Assembly (NCBI GenBank): GCA_964291265.2
Contig: OZ219747.1
Location: 1,472,001-1,536,000 of the forward strand
Reading direction: 5' to 3'
DNA length: 64,000 bases
DNA from: Alphaproteobacteria bacterium
Lineage (GTDB): Bacteria; Pseudomonadota; Alphaproteobacteria; SP197
Each line of letters begins with the position of its first letter. The stretch's first letter is position 1. A program made the translations under genes and the position numbers. A model generated the notes under the pieces. It had not been told where the DNA came from. It was given only the letters and a program-made list of their open reading frames with translations, and ran no database searches. Below are positions 49,775 through 60,466 of this stretch, piece by piece.

Positions 49775-50668
49775 TCATGATCTCGCTTGTGGTTCTTTGG
49801 TCCTGGCGTTGACGACGTCGTTCCAGTCGGCGTTTTCCGGCGGTCTGCGTCTGTGGAACGAGACGTGGGAGGGGAGCTTCATCTTTTTGCGCAGGGTTTC
49901 GGCCTGTCGCTCTCCGGCCTCGTCGTGGTCCTGGGCGAGGACGATGGTCCTGACGTTGGGCAGGCTGCTTGCGGCGAGGCTGATCTGTTCGTGCTGTCTT
50001 CGCGAGGGTGCCCCGGCGGTGGAGAGGAAGGCGTGGCTGGGGGGACATTGGTCGATCTGGGCCAGGCTGAGGGCGTCGACGGCGCTTTCGGTGATGACGA
50101 GGGCCTCGAGGTCCGCGGCGGTTCCGGCGCGGACGGCGAACAGGCTTCGGGTTCCACCGGTGGCGAAGCGTTTCGGTCCGTCGGGGGGACCGATCTCGAA
50201 GCCGGTGAGCTTTCGCTTCCTGTTGCGATGGGCGAAGAGGACGCGTCCGTTGTGGTCGCGGCGGACCAGGGGGCGGCAGGTGTCGAGGGTCTCCGGGAGG
50301 ATGCCGCGCCCGGTGAGCCAGTCCGGGGCCGCATCGGGCGTTGCCGCGGCCCAGAGGCTGCGGAAGTCGCGTGGCGCGGTGTCGGGTGCTGTGAAGCGGG
50401 TGCAGATGTCGGCGAAGGCCAGTCCGCGGTTGAGCATGAAGTCGATGACGGTTCCGTTGTCTTCATCGTTCTGGGTGTTGAAGTAGACCCAGTGTCCGTT
50501 GTTGAGGCACTTCGTGACGAGCTTCGGCAGGCCGGGTGCGCACAGGACGGGGTTGGCGCGTGTCGAGGCCTGTTCGTCGCGGACGTATCCCCAGTCGGCG
50601 GCGATGCGTTCGAACGGCATGCGCTTGACGGCGTCGAAGTCGACGCGGCGGGGTTTATCGGGTTTCAC
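49775..50668 (-). CDS. DUF3991/Toprim domain primase-like protein
   Basis: DNGTVIDF, WLTGRGI, TGFE, ITESAVDALS, STAG, LAQDHDEAG (Toprim E and DxD); GTG start overlaps the istB end. Confidence 0.8.
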   Translation of the reverse strand: MKPDKPRRVDFDAVKRMPFERIAADWGYVRDEQASTRANPVLCAPGLPKLVTKCLNNGHWVYFNTQNDEDNGTVIDFMLNRGLAFADICTRFTAPDTAPRDFRSLWAAATPDAAPDWLTGRGILPETLDTCRPLVRRDHNGRVLFAHRNRKRKLTGFEIGPPDGPKRFATGGTRSLFAVRAGTAADLEALVITESAVDALSLAQIDQCPPSHAFLSTAGAPSRRQHEQISLAASSLPNVRTIVLAQDHDEAGERQAETLRKKMKLPSHVSFHRRRPPENADWNDVVNARTKEPQARS

Positions 50669-51356
50669 GCCTGAGCCGCCAGGAGTCGCTGTCGATGGAG
50701 ATGAGGGTTGCGTCGTGCATGAGCCGGTCGACGGTGCCGGCGATGCCGGAGGCGCTGGGGAAGACGCGGTCCCACTGGGCGAAGGCGAGGCTTGTCGTGA
50801 CCATGGTCGAGCGGCGCTGATAGCGCCGCGAGACGATGGCGTAGAGGATGTCGGCATGGTGGCTTTCGAGGGTCACGTAGCCGATTTCGTCGAGGACGAG
50901 CAGGCGGGGCCTGGCGAGGATCGCGAGGCGGCGGCGCAGCTCGCTGCGCGAGACGGTCTCGGCGAGTGCCTCGAGCAGTTCCGGCGCCTTCTCGAAGCGG
51001 ACGGTGTGGCCGTGCAGCAGGGCCTGGTGCGCCACGTTGGCGGCGATCATGGTCTTTCCGGTGCCCTGCCCGCCGACGAGCACGGCGTTGTCCGCACGGT
51101 CGACGAAGCCGAGGCCGAGGAGCGCTTCGACATGAGCCCGGCTGATGTCGCGCGGCCATGTCCAGTCGAAGTCCGCCAGGGGCTTGAAGGCGGGCAGCCG
51201 CGCCGCGGCGCGGCGGCGCTCGTGGCTGCGGGCCCTGCGGGCCTGTTCCTCGCCGCTGACCACCTCCTCGATCCATGCGGTCCCGGCGACCTCGTCCCAG
51301 CGTTCGACGAGCCCGTGGAGGCCGAGCGCCCGGGCACGCTCCCTGAGCTCGCTCAT
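50655..51356 (-). CDS. istB: IS21 helper ATPase IstB
   Basis: FKPLADFDW, GGQGTGKT, LVLDEIGY, RRY, VDRLMH, DSWR. Confidence 0.92.
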   Translation of the reverse strand: MSELRERARALGLHGLVERWDEVAGTAWIEEVVSGEEQARRARSHERRRAAARLPAFKPLADFDWTWPRDISRAHVEALLGLGFVDRADNAVLVGGQGTGKTMIAANVAHQALLHGHTVRFEKAPELLEALAETVSRSELRRRLAILARPRLLVLDEIGYVTLESHHADILYAIVSRRYQRRSTMVTTSLAFAQWDRVFPSASGIAGTVDRLMHDATLISIDSDSWRLRRETR

Positions 51357-52846
51357 GTCTTGTTCCTGGCGCTGGCTTCGGGCCTGTCGTAGGCGTCGAG
51401 AGCGGTCCCCCGCGGCGTCGTGCCACGGCCGCCGCGGCCGTCGTCGGCGATGCTGAGGGGCGGCAGGCCCTGCTCCCGGCGGCGCTCTTCGATGATGACG
51501 CGCACGGTTTCGGGGTGGCACGAGCCGCGCTCCAGCGCCGTGGCGACAGCCCGGTCGAGAGCGTCGGCGCCGTGCGCGTTGAGAAGCGTCTCCAGCATCC
51601 GGGCGCAGGAGGCCACGTTGCGCCCGTTGGTCCCGGCGCGCGCCAGCATCTCCTCGGCCCGCGGCACGGTGCGCAGGACCCGGTCGCGGACGCTCATGGA
51701 GCGGGCCCGCCGCTTGCCCGCGGCGATCGCCCTGGCATGCTCCGGATCGGTGACGGCCTGCTTCCTGTCGTAGGAGCGTCGGTGGCGCGCGACCTCGTCG
51801 GCGCCGTCGAGGATGCGGACCTCGTCGCGGTCGGCGACCAGCGTCAGCAGGGCCTTGGAGAAGCTACCCGGAACGCTGTAGTCGTTGGTGTCGAAGCGGG
51901 CGTGGCAGGTCTTGTCGATGCGCACCGGGCGGACCTCGTGATGCGGGAAGGGGTCGACGGGAAGGACGATCAGGTGCTCCCTCTCCCGGGCGAAGGCGTC
52001 CCGCACCAGGAGACTGTCGTCGTCCGGCCAGGGCCGCTCCGCGGCGGCGCCGAAGCACCACTCCCGAACCGCGGCGTTGAGCTCGCCGAGCGGGACCGTG
52101 ATGTCGCGCCCGGCGAAGAACCCGGTGCGCGCGAAGCGCACACGGCGTTCCACGCGGCCCTTCTCCTGCGGGCTCCTGGGCCAGGCGGCGCTCGGTTCGA
52201 AGGCATAGTGGGCCGCGAGGCCGAGCAGCATCGGATGATAGGTGACCGCCTTGCCGCGGCGCGTCACCACGGCACTCTTCAGGTTGTCGTACAGAAGCCT
52301 CCGCGGCACACCCCCGAATGCCGCGAAAGCCTCGACATGGCCTTGCAGGAAGCTGGCCATCCGCGCGTCGTGGAACAGGCTCAGGACAGTCTGGCGCGAG
52401 TAGCTGAGGGTGACGAGAAGCCCCATGAGCCTGCGCTCCGCCCGGCCAATGCGGACCTTCCCGAACTCGGCCCAGTCAACCTGCGCCTGCTCGCCCGGAA
52501 GGAAGCTCAGCCGCAGCGACGGCTCGGGCCTCTTCACCGGCCTCAGCCCGAGGCGGCGCAGGTCGTGACGGAAGTGATCCTCGCCGCCGCGGTAGCCCAG
52601 GGCCACGACCTGTCGCCAGAGCGTGCTGGCCGGAAGGTCCGGCGACGCCTCAAGACGCTCCCCGAGGAAGGCAACGAAGGGGTCGATGAGCTTGGCCCGC
52701 GGCCGCCGCTCCTGCCCCGACGCCTTGAGCGCCCGCGTCACCGTGCCGTGGTGCACGCCGAGATGCCGGGCAATCGTCCCCACAGCCCAGCCCTCGGCCC
52801 GCGACAGCCGCACGATCGTCGCCCGCGTGTCCTCGTCGATCGCCAT
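51353..52846 (-). CDS. istA: IS21 transposase IstA
   Basis: IARHLGVHHGTV HTH, PGEQAQVDW, LSYSR, FGGVP..LLYDN, KGRVER, FDTNDYSVP. Confidence 0.95.
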   Translation of the reverse strand: MAIDEDTRATIVRLSRAEGWAVGTIARHLGVHHGTVTRALKASGQERRPRAKLIDPFVAFLGERLEASPDLPASTLWRQVVALGYRGGEDHFRHDLRRLGLRPVKRPEPSLRLSFLPGEQAQVDWAEFGKVRIGRAERRLMGLLVTLSYSRQTVLSLFHDARMASFLQGHVEAFAAFGGVPRRLLYDNLKSAVVTRRGKAVTYHPMLLGLAAHYAFEPSAAWPRSPQEKGRVERRVRFARTGFFAGRDITVPLGELNAAVREWCFGAAAERPWPDDDSLLVRDAFAREREHLIVLPVDPFPHHEVRPVRIDKTCHARFDTNDYSVPGSFSKALLTLVADRDEVRILDGADEVARHRRSYDRKQAVTDPEHARAIAAGKRRARSMSVRDRVLRTVPRAEEMLARAGTNGRNVASCARMLETLLNAHGADALDRAVATALERGSCHPETVRVIIEERRREQGLPPLSIADDGRGGRGTTPRGTALDAYDRPEASARNKT

Positions 52847-52878
52847 GAACTCCCTCCCTTTGGTTCCTCAACGCCGCA

Positions 52879-53355
52879 TCACAGGTCCCTCAGCACCACA
52901 TGCGTCACGACCCGTCCGCACCGGGCGCACCGAAGCGGCGATTCGCGTCGCTCTCGCGCCTTCACAACCGCAGGTAGGGAGGTCGGCAGCAGTCGGGAAG
53001 GGTGGTCCGTAACGATTTCTTCGGAACCGGCGTCTCCAGACACCGCCGGAACGTCGCCAAGCAGCACCACAGCAGACGTCTGCGTGCCCATGATCTCGGC
53101 AAGCATCGCCGCCCTGGCCTTCAACGCACGCGCCTCCTCCGCCTTGCGGAGCCGGTAACGCCGCTGGCGGTGACGGCCCGTCTCACGGCCCCTCAGCGTG
53201 CTCTGGTAGCGACGACGCGACGCGCGGCGCCGCTCGATCCGGGACCGCTCCCTGCACTCATCGGAGCAATACACATGCCCCCGGTCACACGACCGGCAGA
53301 GAACAACCTGCCGCTGACACCGCTTGCAGTTGAACAGTCGTCCCGTCGTGCACAC
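52879..53355 (-). CDS. Cys-rich basic putative zinc-finger protein upstream of istA
   Basis: CKRC, CRSCDRGHVYCSDEC, Arg-rich helix, C-terminal CARCGR; start uncertain (ORF open to 53409). Confidence 0.75.
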   Translation of the reverse strand: MCTTGRLFNCKRCQRQVVLCRSCDRGHVYCSDECRERSRIERRRASRRRYQSTLRGRETGRHRQRRYRLRKAEEARALKARAAMLAEIMGTQTSAVVLLGDVPAVSGDAGSEEIVTDHPSRLLPTSLPAVVKARERRESPLRCARCGRVVTHVVLRDL

Positions 53356-53680
53356 GATCCGTCTCGAGAGCGGGGGTGGACCCGGACGCAAAATGGCTCG
53401 ACAATACACGGGAGTTCGGTCCCCCGTGACCGGCTCGTCCGGGTGCTGCGCCGGGGGGCGTCATCACAACTCTGCCCGGCATCGCATCGCTCTTTCTTTC
53501 GATGCCGATCTAGCATCCACCCGGGGCGGCGGCAAAAACGCCGCCCCGGGACCGGACAACACGACCCAGACCACAGGGAAAACAGACGATCCCGCGAGTG
53601 CCTCGGAACCGAAACCCTCCCGGCAACCGTCACCAAGACCGAAGCAGAGGCCGACGGAACAATCCGAACCGGACCAAAAC

Positions 53681-53772
53681 GACAATAGGAAAACGGGCGG
53701 CGCTCGGGGAGACAATCAGCCGAACACTGAACCCACGACAACAGGACGTGACAATAGGACCTGACAACAGGG
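53681..53772. repeat. GACAAYAGG direct repeats near the transposon end
   Basis: Copies at 53681, 53737, 53750 and 53763 (last three with 13-bp period). Confidence 0.8.
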
Positions 53773-53839
53773 AAGAAACACGACCCTGACAAAGCGCGGC
53801 AAATCGCCGAAATCCCGCCGTTCTATGCAGCCATCAACA

Positions 53840-54040
53840 CAAGATCACCCGGCGCTGGGCAAAACGCGGCATCCGATCGTCAACCCCCAAGGACCGGGGG
53901 ACAGGCTCCGCCTGAGTCTTCGGCGCCATCTGCCCGAACCGTGGCAAGGTCGCCGGCCTCGTCATGCTCGACGCCAACACGGAGGCGCTGAACGCCCATG
54001 CCGCCGAGATCGGCTGCGCCGTCGAACCCGGCGCCCCATG
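53840..54040 (+). pseudogene. IS630-family transposase remnant, 3' part
   Basis: ITRRWAKRG, VFGAICP, GLVMLDANTEALNAH..EI..AVEPGA. Confidence 0.8.
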
Positions 54041-54049
54041 CCACCACGC

Positions 54050-54450
54050 AGGGTGTCGTCGCCATCACCACCTGTTGAGCGTATCCAGACCCTTGCCACC
54101 CCGCAGCACCTTCCACGCCGGCGGACCCGCCGCTCAAGGCATCGTCGCCGTCGTCGTCCGGAGTGTCGCCGTCATCGTTGCCGTCCGGCGGCGCACCCTG
54201 TGCAGGAGCGTCCTCGTCGCCGCCCTCCGGCGGGGCAGCCTCGACGGGAAGGAACCGGCAGTCGTCCGCGCCAAGGGAGGCTGCCGGGCGCGCCGGCGAC
54301 CTCGATGATGTCTTCGGCCTCGAAACCGTTGATGTGGTCAGCCCCGTCGCCGCCATAGAGCGTGTCGTCGCCCCGAGGCCGTCCTTCAGCATGTCGTCGC
54401 CGTCGCCACCCGCCAGTGCGTCAGCACCGCCGGCCCACTCGATAGACATT
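54050..54450 (-). pseudogene. RTX/hemolysin-type Ca-binding repeat protein remnant
   Basis: GGADALAGGDGDDML, DDTLYGGDGADHING, DDGDDALSGG in shifting frames. Confidence 0.6.
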
Positions 54451-55090
54451 GCAACACCTGATCCTGTCACGGACGTAGACCTTAACTCCCGCCGGTCAAG
54501 CAGGTCGAAAAATGTGCCCTCATGGCGCCTGTTCGGCCGCGGGAGATGGTGATCCAGGTCCGGTCGGTCTCGTGTTCCGGCGCGTTTGGTCGGTGCTGCC
54601 GGCAGTCGGCTTGGAGTTCAGCCCGTGTCGCGGCAAGGCACGGCGCCGGGCGCCTGTGACGTTCTGCTCCGGGAATCCCTGAATCACCACCTGATACGAG
54701 CGGCAACAGACAAGAACCGATAAGCCTCTCTCGGCGGAGATGACCCCTTGCGGCACGGACCTCGGCTCAGGGCTCCGGCTACCGAGGGAGGCTCTGCTAT
54801 CGGTCCCAGTCAATGACCGGTCGACATCACCCTGCAATCAGAATGAATGGGTGAGCGCACTGCAAGCCTGCCTCGGTTCGAAGGAGGTCGCAGGGACCCC
54901 GGCGTCGCTGAGGTCCATCATGCGAAGGCAGCGTGGCGCGTTCCGGGGGCGTGCCAACGGCGCCCTGCTGGTTTCGAGTGCTGCGTGCCGATTCCACGTG
55001 GCCGGTGGTGGTGCAGACCGGCGCTGTCACCGGAGTGTCACAAACCGACCTTAAGGTCGCGGGGTTGTTCCTTCAATCTGGATTGGGGCG

Positions 55091-56103
55091 GTGGCGCGCA
55101 TAGCGGTCAACGGTCTTGGGCGTATCGGCAAGCTCTTCCTGCGGGCGCTCGACGCCGCCGGATGCCTGGATCAGGTCGTGCTGGCGAATGATCGTGCAGG
55201 CGATGCCGCCTCTCACGCGCATCTCCTCGAATTCGACACCGTGCATGGGCGCTGGGATGTCCGGATCGACCACCGGGAAGGCGCCGTCGTGGTCAACAGC
55301 CATGACATCGCGGTCGCCGGGACCGGGCGCATCGAGGAGTTGCCGCTGGCGGAGCACGGCATCGACCTCGTCGTGGATTGCACGGGCTGCTTCAGGACGA
55401 TGCGGGCCCTCAGGCCCTATCTTGATGCCGGTGTCGCCAAGGTCGTGGTGTCCGCGCCCGTCAAGGATGAGCGGCGCTCAACATCGTCTTCGGAGTGAAC
55501 CACCTGCTCTACGATCCCGATCGGTACGATGTGGTGACGGCGGCGAGTTGCACCACCAACTGCCTGGCGCCTGTTGTCAGGGTGCTGCATGAGGAAATCG
55601 GCATTCGGCACGGCTCGATCACGACGATCCACAACGTCACCAACAGCCAGACCCTCGTCGACCGGCCGTACCATGACCTGCGCCGGGCGCGCTCCGCACT
55701 CATCGCGCTTGTTCCGACAACGACGGGCTCGGCAACCGCCATCGGTTTCATCTATCCCGAGCTTGCGGGGCGGCTGAACGGTCATGCGGTACGGGTGCCG
55801 CTGCTGAACGCTTCCTTGACGGACTGCGTGTTCGAATTGGCGCGGGATAGCAACGCGGAGGAGATCAACACGCTTTTCGCCAGGTGGGCCGCCGGGCCGC
55901 TCGAGGGAATTCTCGGTTACGAAGCGCGACCGCTGGTCTCGACGGATTTCCTGGACGATCCGCGTTCGGCCGTGATCGACGGTCCGGCGACCATGGTCGT
56001 GAACGGTACGCAGGCCAAGATCTATGCCTGGTACGACAGTGAATGGGGCTACAGTTGCCGCCTGGCAGACGTCGTGGGTCTCGTGTCGGACAGCCTGGAG
56101 TGA
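55091..56103 (+). pseudogene. ArsJ-associated glyceraldehyde-3-phosphate dehydrogenase, one frameshift near 55470
   Basis: NGLGRIG, LLEFDTVHGRW, then [37 protein letters not shown]; adjacent to arsJ. Confidence 0.88.
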
Positions 56104-57402
56104 CCGTGGAACCGTCGGCGAGGCGCGGTGCCGTCGCCGCCTACATCGCCGTCACTGCAGCCTACTGGTCCTTCATGCTGACCGACGGCGCGCTCCGCAT
56201 GCTGGTTCTGCTGCACTTCCACACTCTCGGTTTTTCTCCCGTCCAACTCGCCTATCTTTTCCTGCTTTATGAGTTCATGGGCATTGTGACGAACCTGTCG
56301 GCGGGTTGGGTCGCAGCCCGTTTCGGGCTCACCTCCACGCTCCATGCCGGGCTCGCCCTCCAGGTCGTTGCCCTGGCGGCGCTGACGCAGCTCGACCCGG
56401 CCTGGGCGACGGCGCTTTCGGTCGCCTTCGTGATGGCGGCACAGGGCCTCTCCGGCATCGCCAAGGACCTCTCCAAGATGAGCGCCAAGAGCGCCGTCAG
56501 GATTCTCGCCCCGGCGACCGAGCAGGGTGCGCTGTTCCGCTGGACGGCGACGCTGACGGGCTCGAAGAACGCGGTGAAGGGCCTGGGCTTCCTCCTGGGC
56601 GCTGCCTTGTTGGCCCTGGCGGGCTTCGAGGCGTCGCTGGTCGGCATGGCGGCGGTCCTGGCGGTCATCCTCGCAGCCGTCATGGTCTGCATGCCGGCAG
56701 GCCTGCCGGGCGGCGACCGGAAGGCGACGTTCGGCGAGGTGTTCTCCAGGAGTCCGCTGGTGAACCGCTTGTCTGCGGGCTCGCCTGTTCCTCTTCGGTG
56801 CGCGCGATGTGTGGCTCGTCGTGGCGCTGCCCGTCTACTTCCACACCGTGCTGTCGGACGGAACGCTTGAATCGGACCGCGCCGCATTCTTCCTCGTCGG
56901 CAGCTTCATGGCGCTCTGGATCATTGGCTACGGGGTCATGCAGGTGCTGGCGCCGAAACTGTTGCGCGCGCGGGGGAGGAGCGCGGGCGACGTCATTCGA
57001 CTGGCGCGGTTCTGGGTCGGCGTGCTGACCCTGATTCCGGCCCTGCTGGCGGTGGCGGTCGCGGCCATGGAGGGGAGGGCGTTGACGGCTCTCCTGGTCG
57101 CGGCTCTGCTCGCCTTCGGCGCCGTGTTCGCCCTCAATTCCTCGCTCCACTCCTATCTGATCCTGGTGCTCGGCCGCACCGAACGCGTGACCATGGATGT
57201 CGGCTTCTACTACATGTCCAACGCCGCCGGACGCCTTGTCGGCACGCTGCTCTCCGGGCTCGGCTTCCAGGTCGGCGGCCTCGTCGCGAGCCTCGCGGTG
57301 GCGGCGGGCATGGCGGCGACGAGCCGGCTGTTTGCCGGCATGCTCGCCCGTCGCGCCTGCAGCGAGGAGGAACTGGGACATGAAACCGATGCACGGGAGT
57401 GA
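56100..57402 (+). pseudogene. arsJ: Organoarsenical efflux MFS transporter ArsJ, one frameshift near 56778
   Basis: YWSFMLTDGALRMLVLLHFH, KDLSKMSAKSAV, LTGSKNAVKG; second frame FGARDVWLVVALPVY, NSSLHSYLI, VGFYYMSNAAGRLVGT. Confidence 0.9.
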
Positions 57403-57584
57403 GTCGCTGACATCTGGACTTGCGCTCCGGACATATTTCGGCGGAGCATACCTTCCGGCACCTGACGCGTGTGTGAGGCGTGTATCGATGGAGGGCGTTA
57501 CGGAGATCAGGCCGGTGCGACGTTTCCCTGACCTCTGTTTCGTTCCCGATCGCACATCCCGGCGGCGCTCCCCCGGTCGTCGGC

Positions 57585-57860
57585 ACGCCGTTTGATGTGC
57601 ACCCTGCGCGGCTTGGCGTGGACATCGGGAGCATCACGGCAGGATTCGTGTTCGACAGTATTCTTGCCGGCGGCCTTGTCGCACGATATACGTCTGCCAC
57701 CATGACGCTGGCCGGGCGGGGCGTCGCTTGCCTCGGCCTGCTCCCCGAATCGTCGGTCTTGGCGTCAGGGTTCCTGCATGAGCTGATCTTGTTCGGTGCT
57801 TGCGTTTGCGTCGGCAACGGCATCATCATGCCGAGCAGGAGTTCCGGCGCCATGTCGGCA
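57585..57860 (+). pseudogene. Bcr/CflA-like MFS transporter internal fragment
   Basis: IGSITAGFVF..LAG...LAGRGVACLGL...LFGACVCVGNG.IMPS..GAMS. Confidence 0.55.
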
Positions 57861-58029
57861 CCACCCACCGGTTCGAGCGAGACCGGGCCGGGGGCCTCCA
57901 GCAGGCTTGGCTGATCTGGTGTCGGGAGCCCGAGTTATGAGCGACCGGCAAGCGCCGGCAGCGCCTTCGCCGCCGACACACACGGACATACCGCAAGCGT
58001 TTTCGCAGTTTCTGACGGGAGACCGGACG

Positions 58030-59358
58030 ATGCCGGATACACGAACGATCAGGGTTCTGCCGGTCAACGACACGACCAACGGATGGAGCCGCATTCTCGG
58101 GCCACGGACACCGCGTTCTCCGCTTGCCGGGGATGTGGTGGCCGATTGGGTGGTCGTGGGAGCGGGTTGGGCCGGGCTGGCGGCGGCGCGGCGCCTCGCC
58201 GAAAACAGGCCGGATGACAGCGTCATCCTTCTCGATGCCGGCGAAGCGGGGGAGAATGCATCGGGACGCAACAGCGGCTTTGCCATCGACCTTCCTCACA
58301 ACGTCGGCGATTCGCTGGCTGAACTCGAGGGCAGCCAGCGCTTCATGGCCCTGGCGCGCGCTGCCATCGATCACCTCGACGGAGCGGTCCGGGACCACGG
58401 CATCGCCTGCGACTGGAGCCGGCGCGGCAAGTACCATACCGCCCGTTCGGAACGCGGAAGAAGGGAGATTCTCGAGCCCTTCGCCCGGGAACTCGAGGCC
58501 CTCGGCGAGCCCTTCCGCTGGCTGGACCGGGATGAGCTTGCGGGCGAGGTCGGGACATCGGCGTTCCACGCGGCGGTCTACACGCCAGGCTGTGTCCTCT
58601 TCAATCCCGCGGCGCTGACCCGTGGTCTGGCCGACCACCTTCCCGAGGGAGTCCGCCTCTGCGAGAACACGCCTGTCATATCGATGACCTTGCGAAACGG
58701 GGTGGAGCTCGCCACCCCGGGAGGCACCGTCCGCGCGGCGCGCATGATTCTCGCCACCAACGGCTTTGCCGGCGAGTTCGGGTTCTTCCGGCGCCGCCTC
58801 GTGCCGATCGCTGCCCATGCCAGCCTGACGCGCGTCCTGAACGAGGCGGAGCGCCTGGCGCTCGGAGGCAAGGACGACTGGGGAATCACGCCGGCCAACG
58901 CCATTGCCGGCATCACCATGCGGTTCACCAGGGATCATCGGATCCTGATCCGCCAGGGCTTCCGCTACGCACCCGAATTCCGCGTCACGAGAGCCGAACA
59001 GATGGCGGCGCGGCGCGCTCACGAGGCGCGTTTCCGGTCCCGGTTCCCCATGCTCGGCGACGTGACGATGGAGCATACCTGGACCGGGTTCATATGCCTG
59101 TCACGCAACGGTGCGCCGGGCTTCGGTCAGGTCGCCGGCCATGTCTGGGCTGCCGTTTGCCAGAACGCGGTCGGTGTCACCAAGGGTACCATCAGCGGGT
59201 TGCTCGCCGCCGACATGGCCAGTGGGCGCGACAACGGCCTCATCGCCGACATGGAGAGTCTCGGGAGTCCCCGGGTGCTTCCTCCCGCCTTGCTCACGCG
59301 TCTTGGCGTCAGGCTGCGCCTGGCCAGGGAAATCTGGTTCAACCGGCACGAGAAATAG
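58030..59358 (+). CDS. FAD-dependent oxidoreductase (DAO/PuuB-like family)
   Basis: VVGAGWAGL, ASGRNSGF, LATNGF, WTG, GVTKGT. Confidence 0.9.
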   Translation: MPDTRTIRVLPVNDTTNGWSRILGPRTPRSPLAGDVVADWVVVGAGWAGLAAARRLAENRPDDSVILLDAGEAGENASGRNSGFAIDLPHNVGDSLAELEGSQRFMALARAAIDHLDGAVRDHGIACDWSRRGKYHTARSERGRREILEPFARELEALGEPFRWLDRDELAGEVGTSAFHAAVYTPGCVLFNPAALTRGLADHLPEGVRLCENTPVISMTLRNGVELATPGGTVRAARMILATNGFAGEFGFFRRRLVPIAAHASLTRVLNEAERLALGGKDDWGITPANAIAGITMRFTRDHRILIRQGFRYAPEFRVTRAEQMAARRAHEARFRSRFPMLGDVTMEHTWTGFICLSRNGAPGFGQVAGHVWAAVCQNAVGVTKGTISGLLAADMASGRDNGLIADMESLGSPRVLPPALLTRLGVRLRLAREIWFNRHEK

Positions 59359-59371
59359 TGGCGCCGGGCCC

Positions 59372-60466
59372 TCATTCGATGCTCTCGAGGAGCATCCCGA
59401 CGCCTGCGTACTCGCTCGTCGACGGCTCGAAGAGATCCCGCAGGCGCGTCCACCGTTCGCGGGCGTCGTCGGCATCACCGCCCAGAGCCGCCGCAAGGCC
59501 GGTGATGTAGAGGGCATGGGGGTTGTCGGGCCGGGTCTCGAGCACCCGCTCCATGTCGGCCAGCACGACGGCGGACACACCGGTCGAGCGGTCGACGGGG
59601 GCGGCGACGGCGGCCGCGAAGCCGTCCGTGAGATCGGTGTCGCCGGGCGCCAGTTCGAGCGCCCGCTCGTAGGCCTGGCGCGCCTTCGGCCAGTCTTCCA
59701 GAACGGTGTAGGAGTGAGCGAGGCGCTTCCATCCCTCGAGGTCGTCCGGCTCATCCTCGAGTCGCCGGGCGAGGCCTTCGACCATGCCCGTGATCATCGC
59801 TAGGGTATCGTCGTCGGAATCGCCTGTCGTCTCCCCGGCATCCGCGATATGACGGCGCAGTTCGCCGATCCATGGCGCATCCACGGGTGAATCGGCGAGA
59901 AGATCGCGCCAGACGTCCAGTGCGCCTGCCGTGTCGCCGGCCTGCGCCAGGGCAACGCCGCCATAGAAGCGCGCGATCGGCTGGCTGGCGTCGATGCCCA
60001 GGGACTGCGCGAACAGGAGCCGTGCTGCGGGGGTCACCAGTCCGTCGTTGGCGAGCACGATGAACTCACCCTGCCGCGCGAGGTGTTCGTCGTTCCCGGG
60101 ATCGAGGGCGGCCGCCTCGGCCATGGCGAGTGCCGCTTCGTCGTAGCGCCGGGAAAGGCCCCGGGCATTGGCGATCCAGATCCAGGCATCGATATCCGTC
60201 GGCTCCTCCACCAGGCGGCTCCTGGCGCGCTCCAGGAGACCGGCAAGTTCGGGGTCGGTGGTGGCGACGGTGCGTTCGGCAAGGGGCCGGTCGGCGAGAT
60301 GCGGCGACCCGATCGCGGTATAGATGGCCATCGCTCCGGCGATGACGGCAAAGGAGGCCGCGACGATCAGGCTGCGGCGACGCAAGCCGTCGCCTTGCGA
60401 GAGGAGGGGCAGTGCCAGCAGGACAAGGGCCACCGCGATGATGTTGGCGAGCGCCAGGTGGATCAT
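59372..60466 (-). CDS. ccmI: Cytochrome c biogenesis TPR protein CcmI/CycH
   Basis: N-terminal TMs, YTAIGSP, TPR repeats, MITGMVEGLARRL; downstream of ccmH. Confidence 0.85.
   Translation of the reverse strand: MIHLALANIIAVALVLLALPLLSQGDGLRRRSLIVAASFAVIAGAMAIYTAIGSPHLADRPLAERTVATTDPELAGLLERARSRLVEEPTDIDAWIWIANARGLSRRYDEAALAMAEAAALDPGNDEHLARQGEFIVLANDGLVTPAARLLFAQSLGIDASQPIARFYGGVALAQAGDTAGALDVWRDLLADSPVDAPWIGELRRHIADAGETTGDSDDDTLAMITGMVEGLARRLEDEPDDLEGWKRLAHSYTVLEDWPKARQAYERALELAPGDTDLTDGFAAAVAAPVDRSTGVSAVVLADMERVLETRPDNPHALYITGLAAALGGDADDARERWTRLRDLFEPSTSEYAGVGMLLESIE

Larger units (their letters stand above)
48514..53839 (-). mobile_element. 5326-bp IS21-family transposon with passenger genes
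   Basis: Ends TGTCGGCGGCGATTTAGAACGGCGGGAT / reverse complement TGTTGATGGCTGCATAGAACGGCGGGAT; TSD CAAGA (48509-48513, 53840-53844). Excision restores IS630 QNK|ITRRWAKRG. Confidence 0.9.

Noticed and set aside
55091-57402. Programmed frameshifting in gapdh/arsJ
   Set aside because: No slippery heptamer at either site, and homologs are known as single ORFs.
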